Shown here piece by piece: positions 1 to 12,368 of a DNA stretch of 56,547 nt. The stretch is from Intoshia linei (Eukaryota > Animalia > Orthonectida): contig LWCA01000085.1 in assembly GCA_001642005.1 (NCBI GenBank), positions 1 through 56,547 on the forward strand. Reading direction: 5' to 3'. Each line of letters begins with the position of its first letter. Position 1 is the stretch's first letter. The notes under the pieces were generated by a model. It ran no database searches, had not been told where the DNA came from, and saw only the letters and a list, made by a program, of their open reading frames with translations. The translations under genes were made by a program, and so were the position numbers.

Positions 1-1430
1 TGTTTATGGAATTAATGACAAAACTACACAGCAAAGTTTGGAAGATTATTTTAATCCGTATGGTAATTTAAAGAGCATTGATATTATTAAAGACAAAGCT
101 GGTGCGTTGAGAGGTTTTGCTTTTGTGGAATACGACGATTCCGATCCTGTAGATAAACTTACAAGTTGCTTTTTAAATTATATTTATTAATGTATTATAG
201 GAATGAAGCATCATACAGTTAATGGTCAGGATCTTCAAGTTAAAAAAGTTTTTCACAAAGAGCAGCAGCAGGGAGGTACTAGTATACTTTATTTTGATAT
301 TTTAATTATATTTTTTAGTAATATTGGGTGATAGCACTCTTTATTCTAGAGGGGCGCCACGAAACATGTATAATCAATATCGACTTGATGGTAGACAGGA
401 TTATAATGATGTTTATCGTCAAGATACATACGCTGCAAGGGGTTTTATATATTTTTTTAATTTTTTATTTATTTGATTGGATTAGGTTTAATTTTAATTA
501 TATATTTTAGGAATTCCGGATTGTAGAACTTCTTATTCTAGAGGGGCGCCACGAATCATTTATAATCAATATCGACCTAATGGTAGACGGGATTATAATG
601 ATTTTTATCGTCAAGATCCATACGCTGCAAGGGGTTTTATATATTTTTTTAATTTTTTATTTATTTGATTGGATTAGGTTTAATTTTAATTATATATTTT
701 AGGAATGCGGGGTGATAGAACTATTTATTATAGAGGGGCGCCACGAAACAGGTATAATGAATACCGACTTGATGGTAGACAGGATTATAATGATACTTAT
801 TGTCAAGATCCATACCTTTCAAGAGGTTTCATTAATTGTTTTAATTTTATATTTATTTGATTAGATAAAGTTGTATTTTAATTATATATTTTAGGAATTC
901 CGGGTTGTAGAACTCCTTATTCTAGAGGGGCGCCACGAAACATTTATAATCAATATCGACTTGATGGTAGACAGGATTATAATGATTTATATCGTCAAGA
1001 TGCATACGCTGCAAGGGGTATCATATATTGTTTTAATTTTTTATTTATTTGATTAGATAAGGTTTTATTTTAATTATATATTTTAGGAATTCCGGATTGT
1101 AGAACTTCTTATTCTAGAGGGGCGCCACGAAACATTTATAATCAATATCGACGTAATGGTAGACGGGATTATAATGATTCTTATCGTCAAGATCTATACG
1201 CTGCAAGAGGTTTTATTTATTATATTTATTTTTTAATTATTTGATTAGGTTTTCATCAAGATAATTATTCAGGATATAATAATAATACTGGTTGTACTTC
1301 TAGAACAGGTTAAGAAAATTTTTTTGATGGTCTATTTATTTTTTTAGATCAATATAGATATGCTCAAAGATACGATAAACCTACTCCAAATTATTGTCCT
1401 TATGAATATAATTATGATGCTGGCTATTAG
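1..1430 (+). CDS. hnRNP A1/A2-like RNA-binding protein (last RRM plus R/G/Y-rich low-complexity tail), 5' truncated
   Basis: Exons 1-164, 201-275, 319-441, 511-633, 703-825, 895-1017, 1087-1209, ~1249-1308 and ~1348-1430 splice in frame at GT-AG. Translation includes RNP1 RGFAFVEY and DDSDPVDKLTRMKHHTVNGQDLQVKK, matching hnRNP A1 RRM2 (FDDHDSVDKIV..KYHTVNGHNCEVRK). Stop TAG at 1428-1430. Confidence 0.85.
319..1248 (+). repeat. Tandem array of five 192-bp units (123-nt exon plus 69-nt intron; last intron 39 nt)
   Basis: Exon starts at 319, 511, 703, 895 and 1087 (exact 192-bp period). All share AGAGGGGCGCCACGAA and GGATTATAATGAT, and the introns are also similar to each other. Confidence 0.97.
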
Positions 1431-2339
1431 TGTACATCTTTTACAATATATTAAATTACATCGATTATGTTGAATATTAGTTAAATATAGTTTTTTTAGG
1501 TCACGCATTTACACATAAGAATAGGATTAGAATTTATAATTGAATAGTTTTTTACATTTTTAATTTTAATGTAGATCTTAGTTTAAATATACATTTTATG
1601 TACAGATAGAGTAGATTTCTTATTATTTAGTTTTGCAGTGTAGTTTAGTGTTGATTTTTGTTCGATTTGAAATTGTAAAATCGATTAATTTCGTATTTTT
1701 TTAGCAATTGTAGTTTATTTAGTAAATTATAGATATGTAGTCGTTAGTCTTGGTCATTTGACCGATGATCAATATAATGTGTCAATCATGACGTTTATGA
1801 GTAACAATTTTTCTGTTTGGGACTTACGATTGGGGTTAGACTTGGAACCGACTGGCTAGTATCTGAATGGTTTTAATTATTTTTTGTAGGCTTTCAATAT
1901 AAATAATTTTTGTCACGGAGAATATTGAAAAAAATTTGTATTAATATATGGATTATGATGATAAGATTTTATTTATTTGAACCTACGAATAACATGAAAT
2001 AGGTAAAAATCATTCGTAGTCTTTAAGAATGTTGATAACTATTATGGTGTATAATCGTTGTTTGTGTTAGATAATTTTCTTTGAATTATCATTATGAATT
2101 GTATAGCCTTTTAAATGTGTTATTATGTTAAAAAATGTCATTTTTTTTTTCTGTATTTTTTTAGATTTGGCAATTCTTCATAATTAACTACAATAGTTGT
2201 TATCAGATTCAAGATAACTGACTTAATTTCGTCCAAAAAAATCTTTACGGTAAAAATACTTTAAATATTTAAAAAATTCTTGCTGCATCTTTACAACATC
2301 ACTTAAAGCTTAATATAAGGATAGTTTAGGTAATTTTAT

Positions 2340-3075
2340 TTTATTCGAAATTGTAGGATCAATATATAAAGAAAAGTAAATTTTAATCTAAAATATCAAA
2401 TATATTAAAAATTATTTTCACTGGGAATGCTTAGATTTCTGGGGTTGAAATTTTATATTATTATTAACTGAAATAAGCTTTATCAGAATAATTTTTTTTA
2501 TAATTTTAGAACCGTCAATTATTTCAAATTTTATGTTAATAAAATATTGTACTTTCGAAATTAAAAAAATGAATACTTAAGTGTTTTTTTTGACCTTGAA
2601 GACGTCGGTTGGTTAGGTTGAAATTTTTTTTAAAACTTGGGCTGTTTTTATTATAAAAAAAAAGGAATCATCTGGTGTTTTGATCGTGAAATCGATCTTT
2701 TTTAAGGTTGTCATTTATGATAATGCTTATGATTTTAAAAACTATCCGAGAATATAAGTTGTATACAATTCTAGGACATTTTTTATTTTTACAAAAAAGT
2801 GTAATTTGGGTTTTGGCCGTAAAGATATAATATTTTGAAATTGAAAATAATCATAATGATGATTTTAAAATTTTAATTAGATTGTATATACAATTCTTAT
2901 TTAAATTTAAAAAAAAGGACAATTGCAGTTTTTGACTTTAAGGACTCAATTTCTGAAAATAAATTTTGCGATAAAACAACTCTTTCGAAAAACTGTAATA
3001 GACATGGAATTTTTAAAACTATATCTCTTACTTACTTAAATAAACTGAAACAGACAAACAAATAAATAAATACAC
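2340..3075 (-). mobile_element. Helitron-like non-autonomous repeat, subfamily A copy
   Basis: Aligns by eye with 35117-35662, 6500-7103 and 23608-24190. Internal subunit motif TTTTG(A/G)CC(G/T)T(G/A)AAG recurs near 2587, 2677, 2810 and 2928. Boundaries approximate. Confidence 0.6.
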
Positions 3076-3466
3076 ATAAATTTTTAACTAAATGACTTTA
3101 TATAACCAAGGATTAACATTAGTAGGCACAGTAGAAAATTTCCAAAATATTAATAATCAAACTGCTCAATTACTCATGTTTAGTTAATTTTATTTGATTT
3201 ATTTTTGAAAAAACAATTCGCGTCACTGTATTAATAACTTTTTAATATTTTGTAAAAAAATTTATGAGTATTATATTATAAATTAAAATTATTCATTGAA
3301 AAATTTTAGGAAGCGTATCGTGTTATGCTATAAATTTAAAATGATTCATAATTAAATTAAATTCCAAACGAACATGACTAAAATATAAATAATTTGAATA
3401 CATGTAGTAATAGTATGTATACTATTTTGTTAATACCCCAGTAACATTTCCATATAGTTATTTTCA

Positions 3467-5299
3467 ATGATGGATTTGAAACTAAATTTTTATGATGAAA
3501 AAATTAAAAAGTTATCTAAAAAATTAGGGTTAAAAATGAATTAATAGTGATTATATAATTGTAATTTTTAGAGAATGTGAATATATAATAGAATTGAACC
3601 AAGAAAATGAAAAATTGCAATATAAAAATTTATCTGATACAATATCAGAATTAAAACATGTGGTATTAAGATAATTCATCTATAAATTAAAATGTATGAA
3701 TCAATTACAGATAGAAATAAAAGATTGCGATATTATCAACTATGAAAAGTTGATAAAGGAATTAAAAAATGATTTGATCTATGAAAAAGACAGATATTGT
3801 AAAATTGAAAATCTTTTAAAGAAACAGCCTAGTGAGAAAGAATTTTTCTTTCAGAAAACTAAGATATCTGAATTAAATGAAAATGTATGTACATTAAAAG
3901 AAAAAATAGTAAAGTTGAAGGAAAAATTTAATCATAAAAATAAACTTTGTCACGAAATGATGAAATCACGAGATGATTTATGTAATCAGTCTGAAATTAG
4001 CCGCAAAATTATCTTGGAATTATCGGTTTGTTTGTATTATTTTCCTTTAATAAAAGTTATTAGAACGAAAACAAATTTTTAAAAAATGGATACCTTCAAA
4101 GAAAAAACAATGATAAATTTATATTGATTGACCCGTTTGAACATTTAACACAAATTGAAAATGATTTAAAATTAAAGATTTTGGAAATTGATAATTTGAA
4201 ACTTGTATAAAATATATCAAAAATGTAAAAAAAATTTATTTCATTGTTAGATTTTGCATGATTGTGAATTGAGGTTTGATAGTCAAACTATTAGCAATGC
4301 AAAAGGTTTGCGTGAATTTAAAAATTCAATTGATAATTTAACAAAACTCAATAATTTGATTCAAAAAGAAAATGAATGTTTGAGTCAATCTAAAAATATG
4401 TATCAAACTAAAATTACTAAGGTATATTTTAATATTTATAATTATAGTTTTTATTAACGGAATTGAAAATTCGTTAATTCCGTTAATATGGAATTTTCCC
4501 CATAGTAATACCCTAGATAATGGAGTTTAATTTTTTTAAATAAAAATCATTAAATGGTTAAATTTCTTGCTATTATAGGTTTTTGAATAAAACATGACGA
4601 AGTAATACGCACAAAACATTAAAAAAGGATCCATATCAGTTTTTTGGGGTCCATGAAAAATTTTAAATTATTTACAGATATAAACTAAAGCTAAAAATGA
4701 TATTTTCGCAATGATGGTAATTGACTTCTAATTAATACATAAATGAGTTATATTTATGATTTTCTTAAAAATAGATTCCAGAGCTTTAGAGATAAAATTA
4801 TTATTAACGGAATTTTTGGTTCATACAATTTCGTTAATATGGCATTTCCGCTAACAAAAATTCCGTTAATAAGGACTTAAATTGTAGTAATATACTTTGT
4901 ATTATAATAATATAGATTAATAAAGATTTGCAATTTTTAAAAATGGATAACATTGAATTAAAAAACGATTTAACCAATCTAAAACAAAATTATTCTCATC
5001 ATTTTGAAAAAACTAATAAATTTACTGAAAATTTAAGACAATGTTTCAAAAAAATTATATCCATTTTACAATTATCTCAATATTTTATAAACCATTTACA
5101 GCGATGTAACAAAATTAATGTAGATTTTAATGTACATGACATTTGTAAAAAATTTAAGTACAATGAATATTATTTGGAGTCAACAACATTGGAAGACATT
5201 ACAAATTATTTGAATAAAACTGCTACAGCATTACACAATGTTTTTTACAATTGTTTTATTGAAATTGAAAAAAATTCAACTGAATGTTGTCTTGTTTAA
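3467..5299 (+). CDS. Uncharacterised coiled-coil protein, multi-exon
   Basis: ATG 3467. Exons 3467-3528, 3572-3663, from 3711, ~4064-4204, ~4251-4421 and ~4916-5299 are joined by short GT-AG introns. The K/E/L/N-rich heptad-like sequence overlaps ORFs 3696, 4254 and 4928. Confidence 0.7.
4439..4884. mobile_element. pogo/Tigger-type MITE filling an intron
   Basis: TTATTAACGGAATT near the left end and AATTCCGTTAATAA near the right end, flanked by TA. The interior recurs at ~27170-27385 in a GDI intron. Confidence 0.65.
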
Positions 5300-5314
5300 C
5301 TTGTAAATACATTT

Positions 5315-8300
5315 CTATATTATAGTTTCGTAATCATTTTCATGTTTCAATCGATTTTCATATTTTTTGTACATTTTTTTAATTGGCATTTGTATGATCA
5401 TTACAAGAAAAGTGGCTAAAAGCAATCCTATCATCATTTGTCCTATGTACAAAAAATTCTAAACATTATTTATTTATATTTAATTTCAAATCATACGTGG
5501 CAAATTGTTTCAAAGTAATAAATTGTTTTTAAATTGAAGGCATGATTATAATATATCATGGGTATTATCATGTACCACGAATAAATTAACTTGTCGAGTA
5601 TTAGAAAATATTTACATGATAGAATATTTGAAATCCATTCTAAATAATATATTATAATTAATTTAAAGTATTATTTACAATTCGCCAAATCTATACATGG
5701 TCTTAGTGTTTTTGGAAAATTTTATTTTAAAGATGCTATTTTTTAGTTATCGTTTCTCTAATAATTAGAGTCTAATTCGATAAATTCTCTAGTCTGCACA
5801 AGTTTAAATGTATTGACCAACTGTAGAGAAAAGACTGTATTATTATTTACTGATAATTACTAGCATTATTGGTATGACATGCAAATATAAACCACGCGAG
5901 AGTTAATGAATAGCCTATTGGAAAAAGAATATTGAAAGTTACACGTAAATTGAATGCTGAACCGCGAAAGTATCCGTCCGTTGGACCCAATAACATTATA
6001 ATTTGAAGTATCACATAAAATATCCAAATAACTATATTTACATTCTACGAATTTATTTAAAATATATTATACGTAAGGTTTCATTTTACCTTTGATATTT
6101 TATATTTGAAATTGTCATAATTGGAAACTAGGTAAGCAGTAAATATTCCAATGATTACAGAGTGTATATGTAGCCAAAAAGGAAATGACATTGTGTGGGT
6201 CATATCAGATCTAAAAATATTATGAATATATATTGACTCAGTCCAAGAAAAAGTAAAGGTGAAACCGGGCCTAAGAAATTTAATAAGTTTGATAAAATTT
6301 GTAATTAAAATTTTATGAAATAGGGTTCTAGATAAGTCATCCCAACTATTTTTTTCACATTGTCAAATTTTAATCAGGTAGATTACTGTACTATCAAATT
6401 TTTTACTTTGATTATAATTATAATCCACTGCAATAAGTCTTATCGAAATAATTTTTTGTTTTATAAAATAAATGGTTAATAGTTATTAGATAAAAAAATG
6501 AAAACCTTTACTTATTCCGCGAAGGTCACTTTTTAAGGTTGAAATTTTTTGTGGCTGTTAAGTGGATACAAATGTATCAGCTGTAATTTTTTTAAAATTC
6601 TAGGACTATTTTCATTTTTTAGAGACTTTAAAAAAGACTAATCTGGGTTTTGATTATGAAAATGCACTTTTTTGAGGTTACGATTTATGATAATGTTTAT
6701 GATTTACAAAAATATCCCAGAATTCATGTTTTATAAAATTCTAGACTATTCTATAAAAATAATTTTTTTCATTTTAAAATAAAGGTAATTTGGGTTTCGG
6801 TTGTATAAATATTAGTTTTATTAATTGATATTTATGATTATGTTCATAATTTTAAAATCAGTATCAAAGTGTATATTATTTTTTTACATTATAGGACATT
6901 GGATTTTAAAAAAAAATATAATTGAGATTTTTGATCGTGAAGGATTTAATTTAAAAAAATGAAATTTACGATAAAACCTTGCCGTCGAAAAACTGTATTA
7001 GAAATTCGTATTCGTAAAATTCTACACCGATTAAGTTCTTAAATAAATGGTAACAGACATACATTAAATTATAATTTTATATACAGGCATTTGTAAGTAA
7101 GGACTTATCTCAATAGTGTTGAAAAAATATTGAACCGACTTTTGACATTTTTGTGATTTGGTTCGTGGGTGAAACCTCTGAATTACTGTATACATTTTAA
7201 GGAAAGATAGAAAGTAAGAAGATTAAAAATCTATTAACCGCTTAACTTAACTTATATGTAGTCACCCGGTTATTACCTATAAATTTAATTATTTTCATAG
7301 ACGCATTCACAAAGTTCCCAAAAACTAAAAAAATCATTTTAATATGATTATGGTCAATGACCATTGGTCATATTTATATTTAATGCCTCTAAACAGAATT
7401 ATTACACCAATTAATAAATATTTAACAATCATATCATTAATCTTACACTTCACGAATAGCAATAATATCAAGCATCATTGGTGAAGCCTTATGCTTAGCT
7501 ACAGCCAAAAATCCTAGCACAACCATTTCGCCGATGATTAGTAGTATTCCAATAATGACAGCAGTGATAATGTATCTAAATTTATATTATAATAATTGAT
7601 TGTTAGATTTTGAAATACACTCAGGTTCCGAATAATAACGTAGATGTTATACACTAGGCCCTAGTGACTTGGGCAGTGATTTCTAACCATTTTTGGTTGG
7701 CGACACATATTTCAATCTCAAAAAATTTCGCGACACACCCATCACAAAAATAAACGATTGATTAATAAATATAGTTGAATTTATTTTTTTCTAATAATAA
7801 TCTGAAAATAAGCTATGAAAATTTATCATCATCACAAATTTATATTTATAATTAATAATTATTATTAATTATCTTAATTTATATTATAATTTATAATCAT
7901 TTTACAAAAAATCCTTGAGTTAAGATAAAATGTCTTTTCCTACATTTTTTTGAAAACTTTACCAAACATTTCGAGAAAAAACTCTTTATCCAATCACAAA
8001 TAAAAAATCAAAATTTTAACAAATATGAAGGAAAAATCCCTTTAATAACTTTTACATTATTAAGAAAGGGATTTTTAAATAAAGGGCTTGAAGTTATATT
8101 TTTTATTAAATACATATTTATATTTTTATTAATGTGGGATAAAATTTTATTAAAGGGGATAAAAGTTGGATTTTTAAAATAATAATTTAACGGTATTCTA
8201 GGGTCTAGACCAGGGGTACGCAACCTTTCCATCAATTTAGCCGCAAAGCTACTTTACTCATTGATATTTCGGCCGCGCAAAATTTAATTTAACATTGAGA

Positions 8301-11300
8301 GAGTTTAAATTTATTTTGATAAAAATATTTTCCTTGAATTTGAAGTAAAATGATATATTGCATTATAATGGCATGGATTGCCCACGGCTGTAAGGTCGCA
8401 GGTTGTGCACCCTGGCCTAGACTCTAGGCTTTGGGATAAAATAGCAACACCTGGCCACTCTGCAATAATTTATTTTACAAACTAAACGTAACCATTTTTC
8501 AATTTTTCTGGTAATAAAGCCAAAAATGCTGGTACTAATAAGTTACATAATTAGCAATAACAGCACGTGTTGGTGACACCTTTGGTTATGATATTCAAGA
8601 ATGTATTTTTTTAATAACCAATTATTGAAAAAGGAATCCTCTTTTTACCAGAGAGGTCTCGGGTATAGCAGGGTGGACATTGGTTATGCATATATTAGTT
8701 GTAAATATATAACCTCTTTACAAAAAAGATGTACAATAAAGCAAGTACAAATAGTTGCATTTCCAATGCTACATACCACATCCAACCAGCACACTAAAAT
8801 ATTTATAAAACTATTATTTTAAATCCAACCATTTTTGTAGGATTAAATATGTTTGAAAATAGAAAAAAATTCATAATATGACCATAACGTCCATTACATT
8901 CCTCATCCATCACCAAGTTGTCTGTAGTATATATTCCATCGGAAAGATAAGGTAGTACGTACATAAAAATTATTAATACGATATAATATACAGGTAAATA
9001 TCTAAATAATAATAATTTTTTATATTAAATGAGTAAACTTGACAATTTTATTTGTTACAATCTTTCCAAGACTTAATCTATATGAGTCATCCTTAAATAA
9101 ATTAAACATTTTGTAGCTCAATAGATACGATCTAAAATACATTACATATATATTTTATTCTAATATTTATTACGATAATAAAAATAGAATTTCGTATCCC
9201 AAAAAAGCAGTCATGATGAAAACTCCTATAATGTTTTGTAATTCTGTTTTGTAGCTGAGAATATTTGCTAAATTGTATATTTAAAAGATGTTAAATTTGA
9301 TAATACGTAATACATAATGTATGTATTATATATAATATGTATAATATACATTGTATATGCTATATTGTAATATAAAAATTATTACTTGAATAACGAGCAA
9401 TATATGTAAACGATTGACCATACATAATCCAAATAAAGGCAATTACTCTTAATCCACTATACCAATTTGATGATTTCTTTTTTTTTACATCAAATATCAT
9501 GTACCAACTGGAAACCCAACACATAGATTTTTTGAAACTTTTCACCATTATTTCACTTTGATTAAAAATAATATCACTATATTCTGATGATTGAAAATAA
9601 ACATTACTTATGGTCACAACCATTTGTAGTATGATTATTAATGCTATTAATATACTAAAATTTTATAATTAGATAAATACAATACCAATTAAGATAAAGC
9701 ATGATGCGTGCCTTAAAACTATGTGTTTTAGGAGTTGGAAAATATAGAAATTGTAACATATTTAAAATGTTAAAATAGCTAATTTAAATTAAAATAAATA
9801 ACTTTAAAGAATTAAATAATTTACACTGTTATGATGCTTCCTGTATATATTTTTGCTTTTCCAATTAAGTTGTCATCTTTTAATCCAAAACCGCTTATAG
9901 CACATTGGAGAGTGACTATACGAAATATTTCATATGTGTATGATGTATTGCAAATAATATGTAGAATATACAATGTAACTCAAACGAAGGTTCACATATA
10001 CGTTTTGTAGTTCCAATAGAAATTTCGTTTCAAAAATTTTTATCATTTTTACGTATTCATGTAAGGAATGAATTGGAACGTAAATTTAATAAATACTAAA
10101 TATTGCAGTTTCTCAACCGATGGGTGCACGAAATTTTTTTGTGTGAATATGATTTCACTTTAAGGCAAAAATTTTTATTCGTCATCATATATAAGTAGTT
10201 TTTGCTTTAAATTTAACACCAAATAAACTAAATTGATAGTCCTTACCAGGGATTGGAATGAATTGATAAAAATTAATGAAAATAAAATCAATTCATAATT
10301 TGTTCAAAAATTATTTTTTTATTAATTGCAATAAATTGGTTTTTTGAAATATAAAAAAATTTCAATTACAATTGTAATAGAAGATTGATAACAATATCAT
10401 AATCATTTTAAAAAAACTGGTCATGTGGTTATAATGAATATACTAGAATGACTGTTATGTACTTCGAACAAACAGCATCCTAGTAGGTTAAATAAATCAT
10501 TTTTCTTATTTTTTCATATTGATATATTTAATTTTTGTACTACATTTATATTTTTTTAATTATATGACAAAAACCAATTCATTGCAATTATTTTATATAT
10601 AATATATTTATACTTATATTATATATTATATATATTATATTAATAAATTTATATATATAAAAATTAATATTTAGCAAACAATTAATTGGTTTGTACAAAA
10701 TAATTGATTGGAATCAATTATTTCCAATCCCTGGTCCTTACTTATATAATATCGTTTATTTCAATAACTACCAGTATTATAATTTTATAAAGTCCATATT
10801 TATGTTACGTTTTTTTCCGGGAGAAAGTAAGACACATTTCAACCTCCCAAACTCACATCTTACGAATCAAAAATTCCAATTAAATATTGAAGTTTTCTTT
10901 ATGGATTTAAAAGCATTTTAAATTTCAACGTGATTTAAAACTAATGTACATGGAATGATTCTATTAGAATCGTAACTAATTTTGAAAAATAGTTTTAAAA
11001 CTTTTAGTTGTATATTTTAAATTAATGGCGAGTTGTTGAGAGAATACAGTAATTGAAAATACATTTAACAATTTTATGAATCAAAACACAGTGCAATGGA
11101 TTTTTGGATAAATCTAATTTAAAATAAAAGTATATTACATTTTTCATTAATTATTTGAGGTAATTCTTTTGAAATGTATTTTAAAACATATTGACAGGTA
11201 TTGGGTAGACACAGAGCTATACTTGGATTGCTCTAAATATATTTAACAATACAGTAAAACCTAAATTCAACATTTTGGAACAATTAAAATAAATAATGTT

Positions 11301-12206
11301 TTTTTTAAATCACTGTTTCCCAACCTATTTTATGGTAGGCCCCACTTTCACCTTTAAAAAAATATCAGGCCTTACTTCTTTTTCACTTTTTCTAATAAAT
11401 TATAAATGGAATCTATTCTAATAATTTTTTCTAGTAAATGATCCTATATCAGGATATTTTTAAAAAATTGTATGAGATTTATTATTATTTTGTAAAGTGG
11501 TATTATTGTATTTTAAAAATATAAAAAATATATTTTGTATTTGATATTTTGGCAATAGTTTATTTTTAAGTGAATTGGATAATAACACTAAAAAATATTG
11601 CTATTGTAATTAGAAATTTTATTCAAAATTATATTATACAAATTAAATTATTTTTGTAATAAGGCTTCTCGTAATAAGTTTGAGATTATGAAGCTGGGTT
11701 AAATTATATAAATATATAAAAATTTTACCAGTAAAGGTCTATTCAATAGTCTAAACCGGCAATATCTATAAATAAATATATTTATGGGTTAAAATAGATG
11801 ACTATTTATTTTAACACTACATAAACATTTCCAAGCCGAGCCAAGTACTATTGGTATGTAGTATATATCAGTCAACTTAGTTATATATAAATTACATTAC
11901 TTAAAATTAAAAGCTTGATATTGTATATTTTTTAATATTTTGTTGCAAACTGGTAAAGATCCAGTCCACCTCGTTTGACCTAACAAAACACCAGCTTTAG
12001 GTTTACCAATTGCGTCCAGCACTATAATTATATGTAGATTAGAAATTTTTATTTGACCAACCTTGATTTAACAAATTTGTATCATTTTTGATTTTGATCA
12101 ATTGACTATAACAATTTTTAATATTATTCCACTGAGTGTTGCACAAAAAACTGCATGGAAAGTAAACTAAGAAAATCAAGAATAAATGAAGAAAATTATT
12201 TTGCAT
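5315..12206 (-). CDS. nrf-6: Nose-resistant-to-fluoxetine-6-like protein (signal peptide, NRF domain, acyltransferase-3 membrane domain)
   Basis: Spliced translation gives a signal peptide MQNNFLHLFLIFLVYF, NRF motifs VLDAIGKPKAGVLLGQTRWTGSLPVC, KYC and IALCLPNTC, and AT3-region motifs SGLRVIAFIWIMYGQ, CAGWMWYVALEMQLF, LAWFIFACHT and LDKLIYSWYMIIP. Stop TAG at 5315-5317. One junction between ~11090 and ~9720 is unresolved. Confidence 0.85.
6500..7103 (-). mobile_element. Helitron-like repeat, subfamily A copy (intronic)
   Basis: Same subunits as the other copies. Terminates in GTAAGTAAGGA, which is 5'-TCCTTAC on the minus strand. Confidence 0.6.
8211..8414. mobile_element. hAT (Charlie-like) MITE with 8-bp TSD
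   Basis: Ends CAGGGGTACGCAACC and GGTTGTGCACCCTG. Flanks GTCTAGAC (8203-8210) and GCCTAGAC (8415-8422) fit the NTCTAGAN Charlie target. Confidence 0.8.
10247..10733. mobile_element. hAT MITE with perfect 8-bp TSD
   Basis: TIR CAGGGATTGGAA...TTCCAATCCCTG. TSD GTCCTTAC at 10239-10246 and 10734-10741. Confidence 0.88.
10735..10885 (+). mobile_element. Helitron-like repeat, subfamily B 5' fragment
   Basis: Begins TCCTTACTTATATAAT and continues ATTTTATAAAGTCCA...AACCTCCCAAACTCACATCTTACG, as in the 44647 and 52546 copies. Confidence 0.65.
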
Positions 12207-12281
12207 TGCAATGTTTAAAATAAGTAAATGTAAATATTTACTTTAATAAAGATTACATAGTACATACAAAAACTCACTTAC

Positions 12282-12368
12282 TCTTGGAATTCAGTAAATC
12301 CATTCCACAGTAATTTATACGTGGCATCGCAATGAAAAGTACGTGTTATTGTCTGGTAAGGGTAGTTC
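12282..12368 (-). pseudogene. MULE (Mutator-like) transposase fragment
   Basis: The minus strand encodes RTFHCDATYKLLWNGF, resembling the H-x-D-A-T-Y-K-L-x-W-x-G-F motif around the first catalytic Asp of invertebrate MULE transposases (recalled similarity, short match). Confidence 0.55.

Noticed and set aside
328-510. ORF-track 60-aa ORF
   Set aside because: Off-frame read of the first repeated exon plus intron. The spliced frame explains the region.
319-1248. CRISPR-like interpretation of the periodic repeat
   Set aside because: The whole 192-bp unit is repeated with no unique spacers, it is spliced coding sequence, and the genome is eukaryotic.
1750-1872. Possible C/D snoRNA (GATGA...CTGA with short terminal stem)
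   Set aside because: Box C is imperfect and I could not identify an rRNA-complementary guide.
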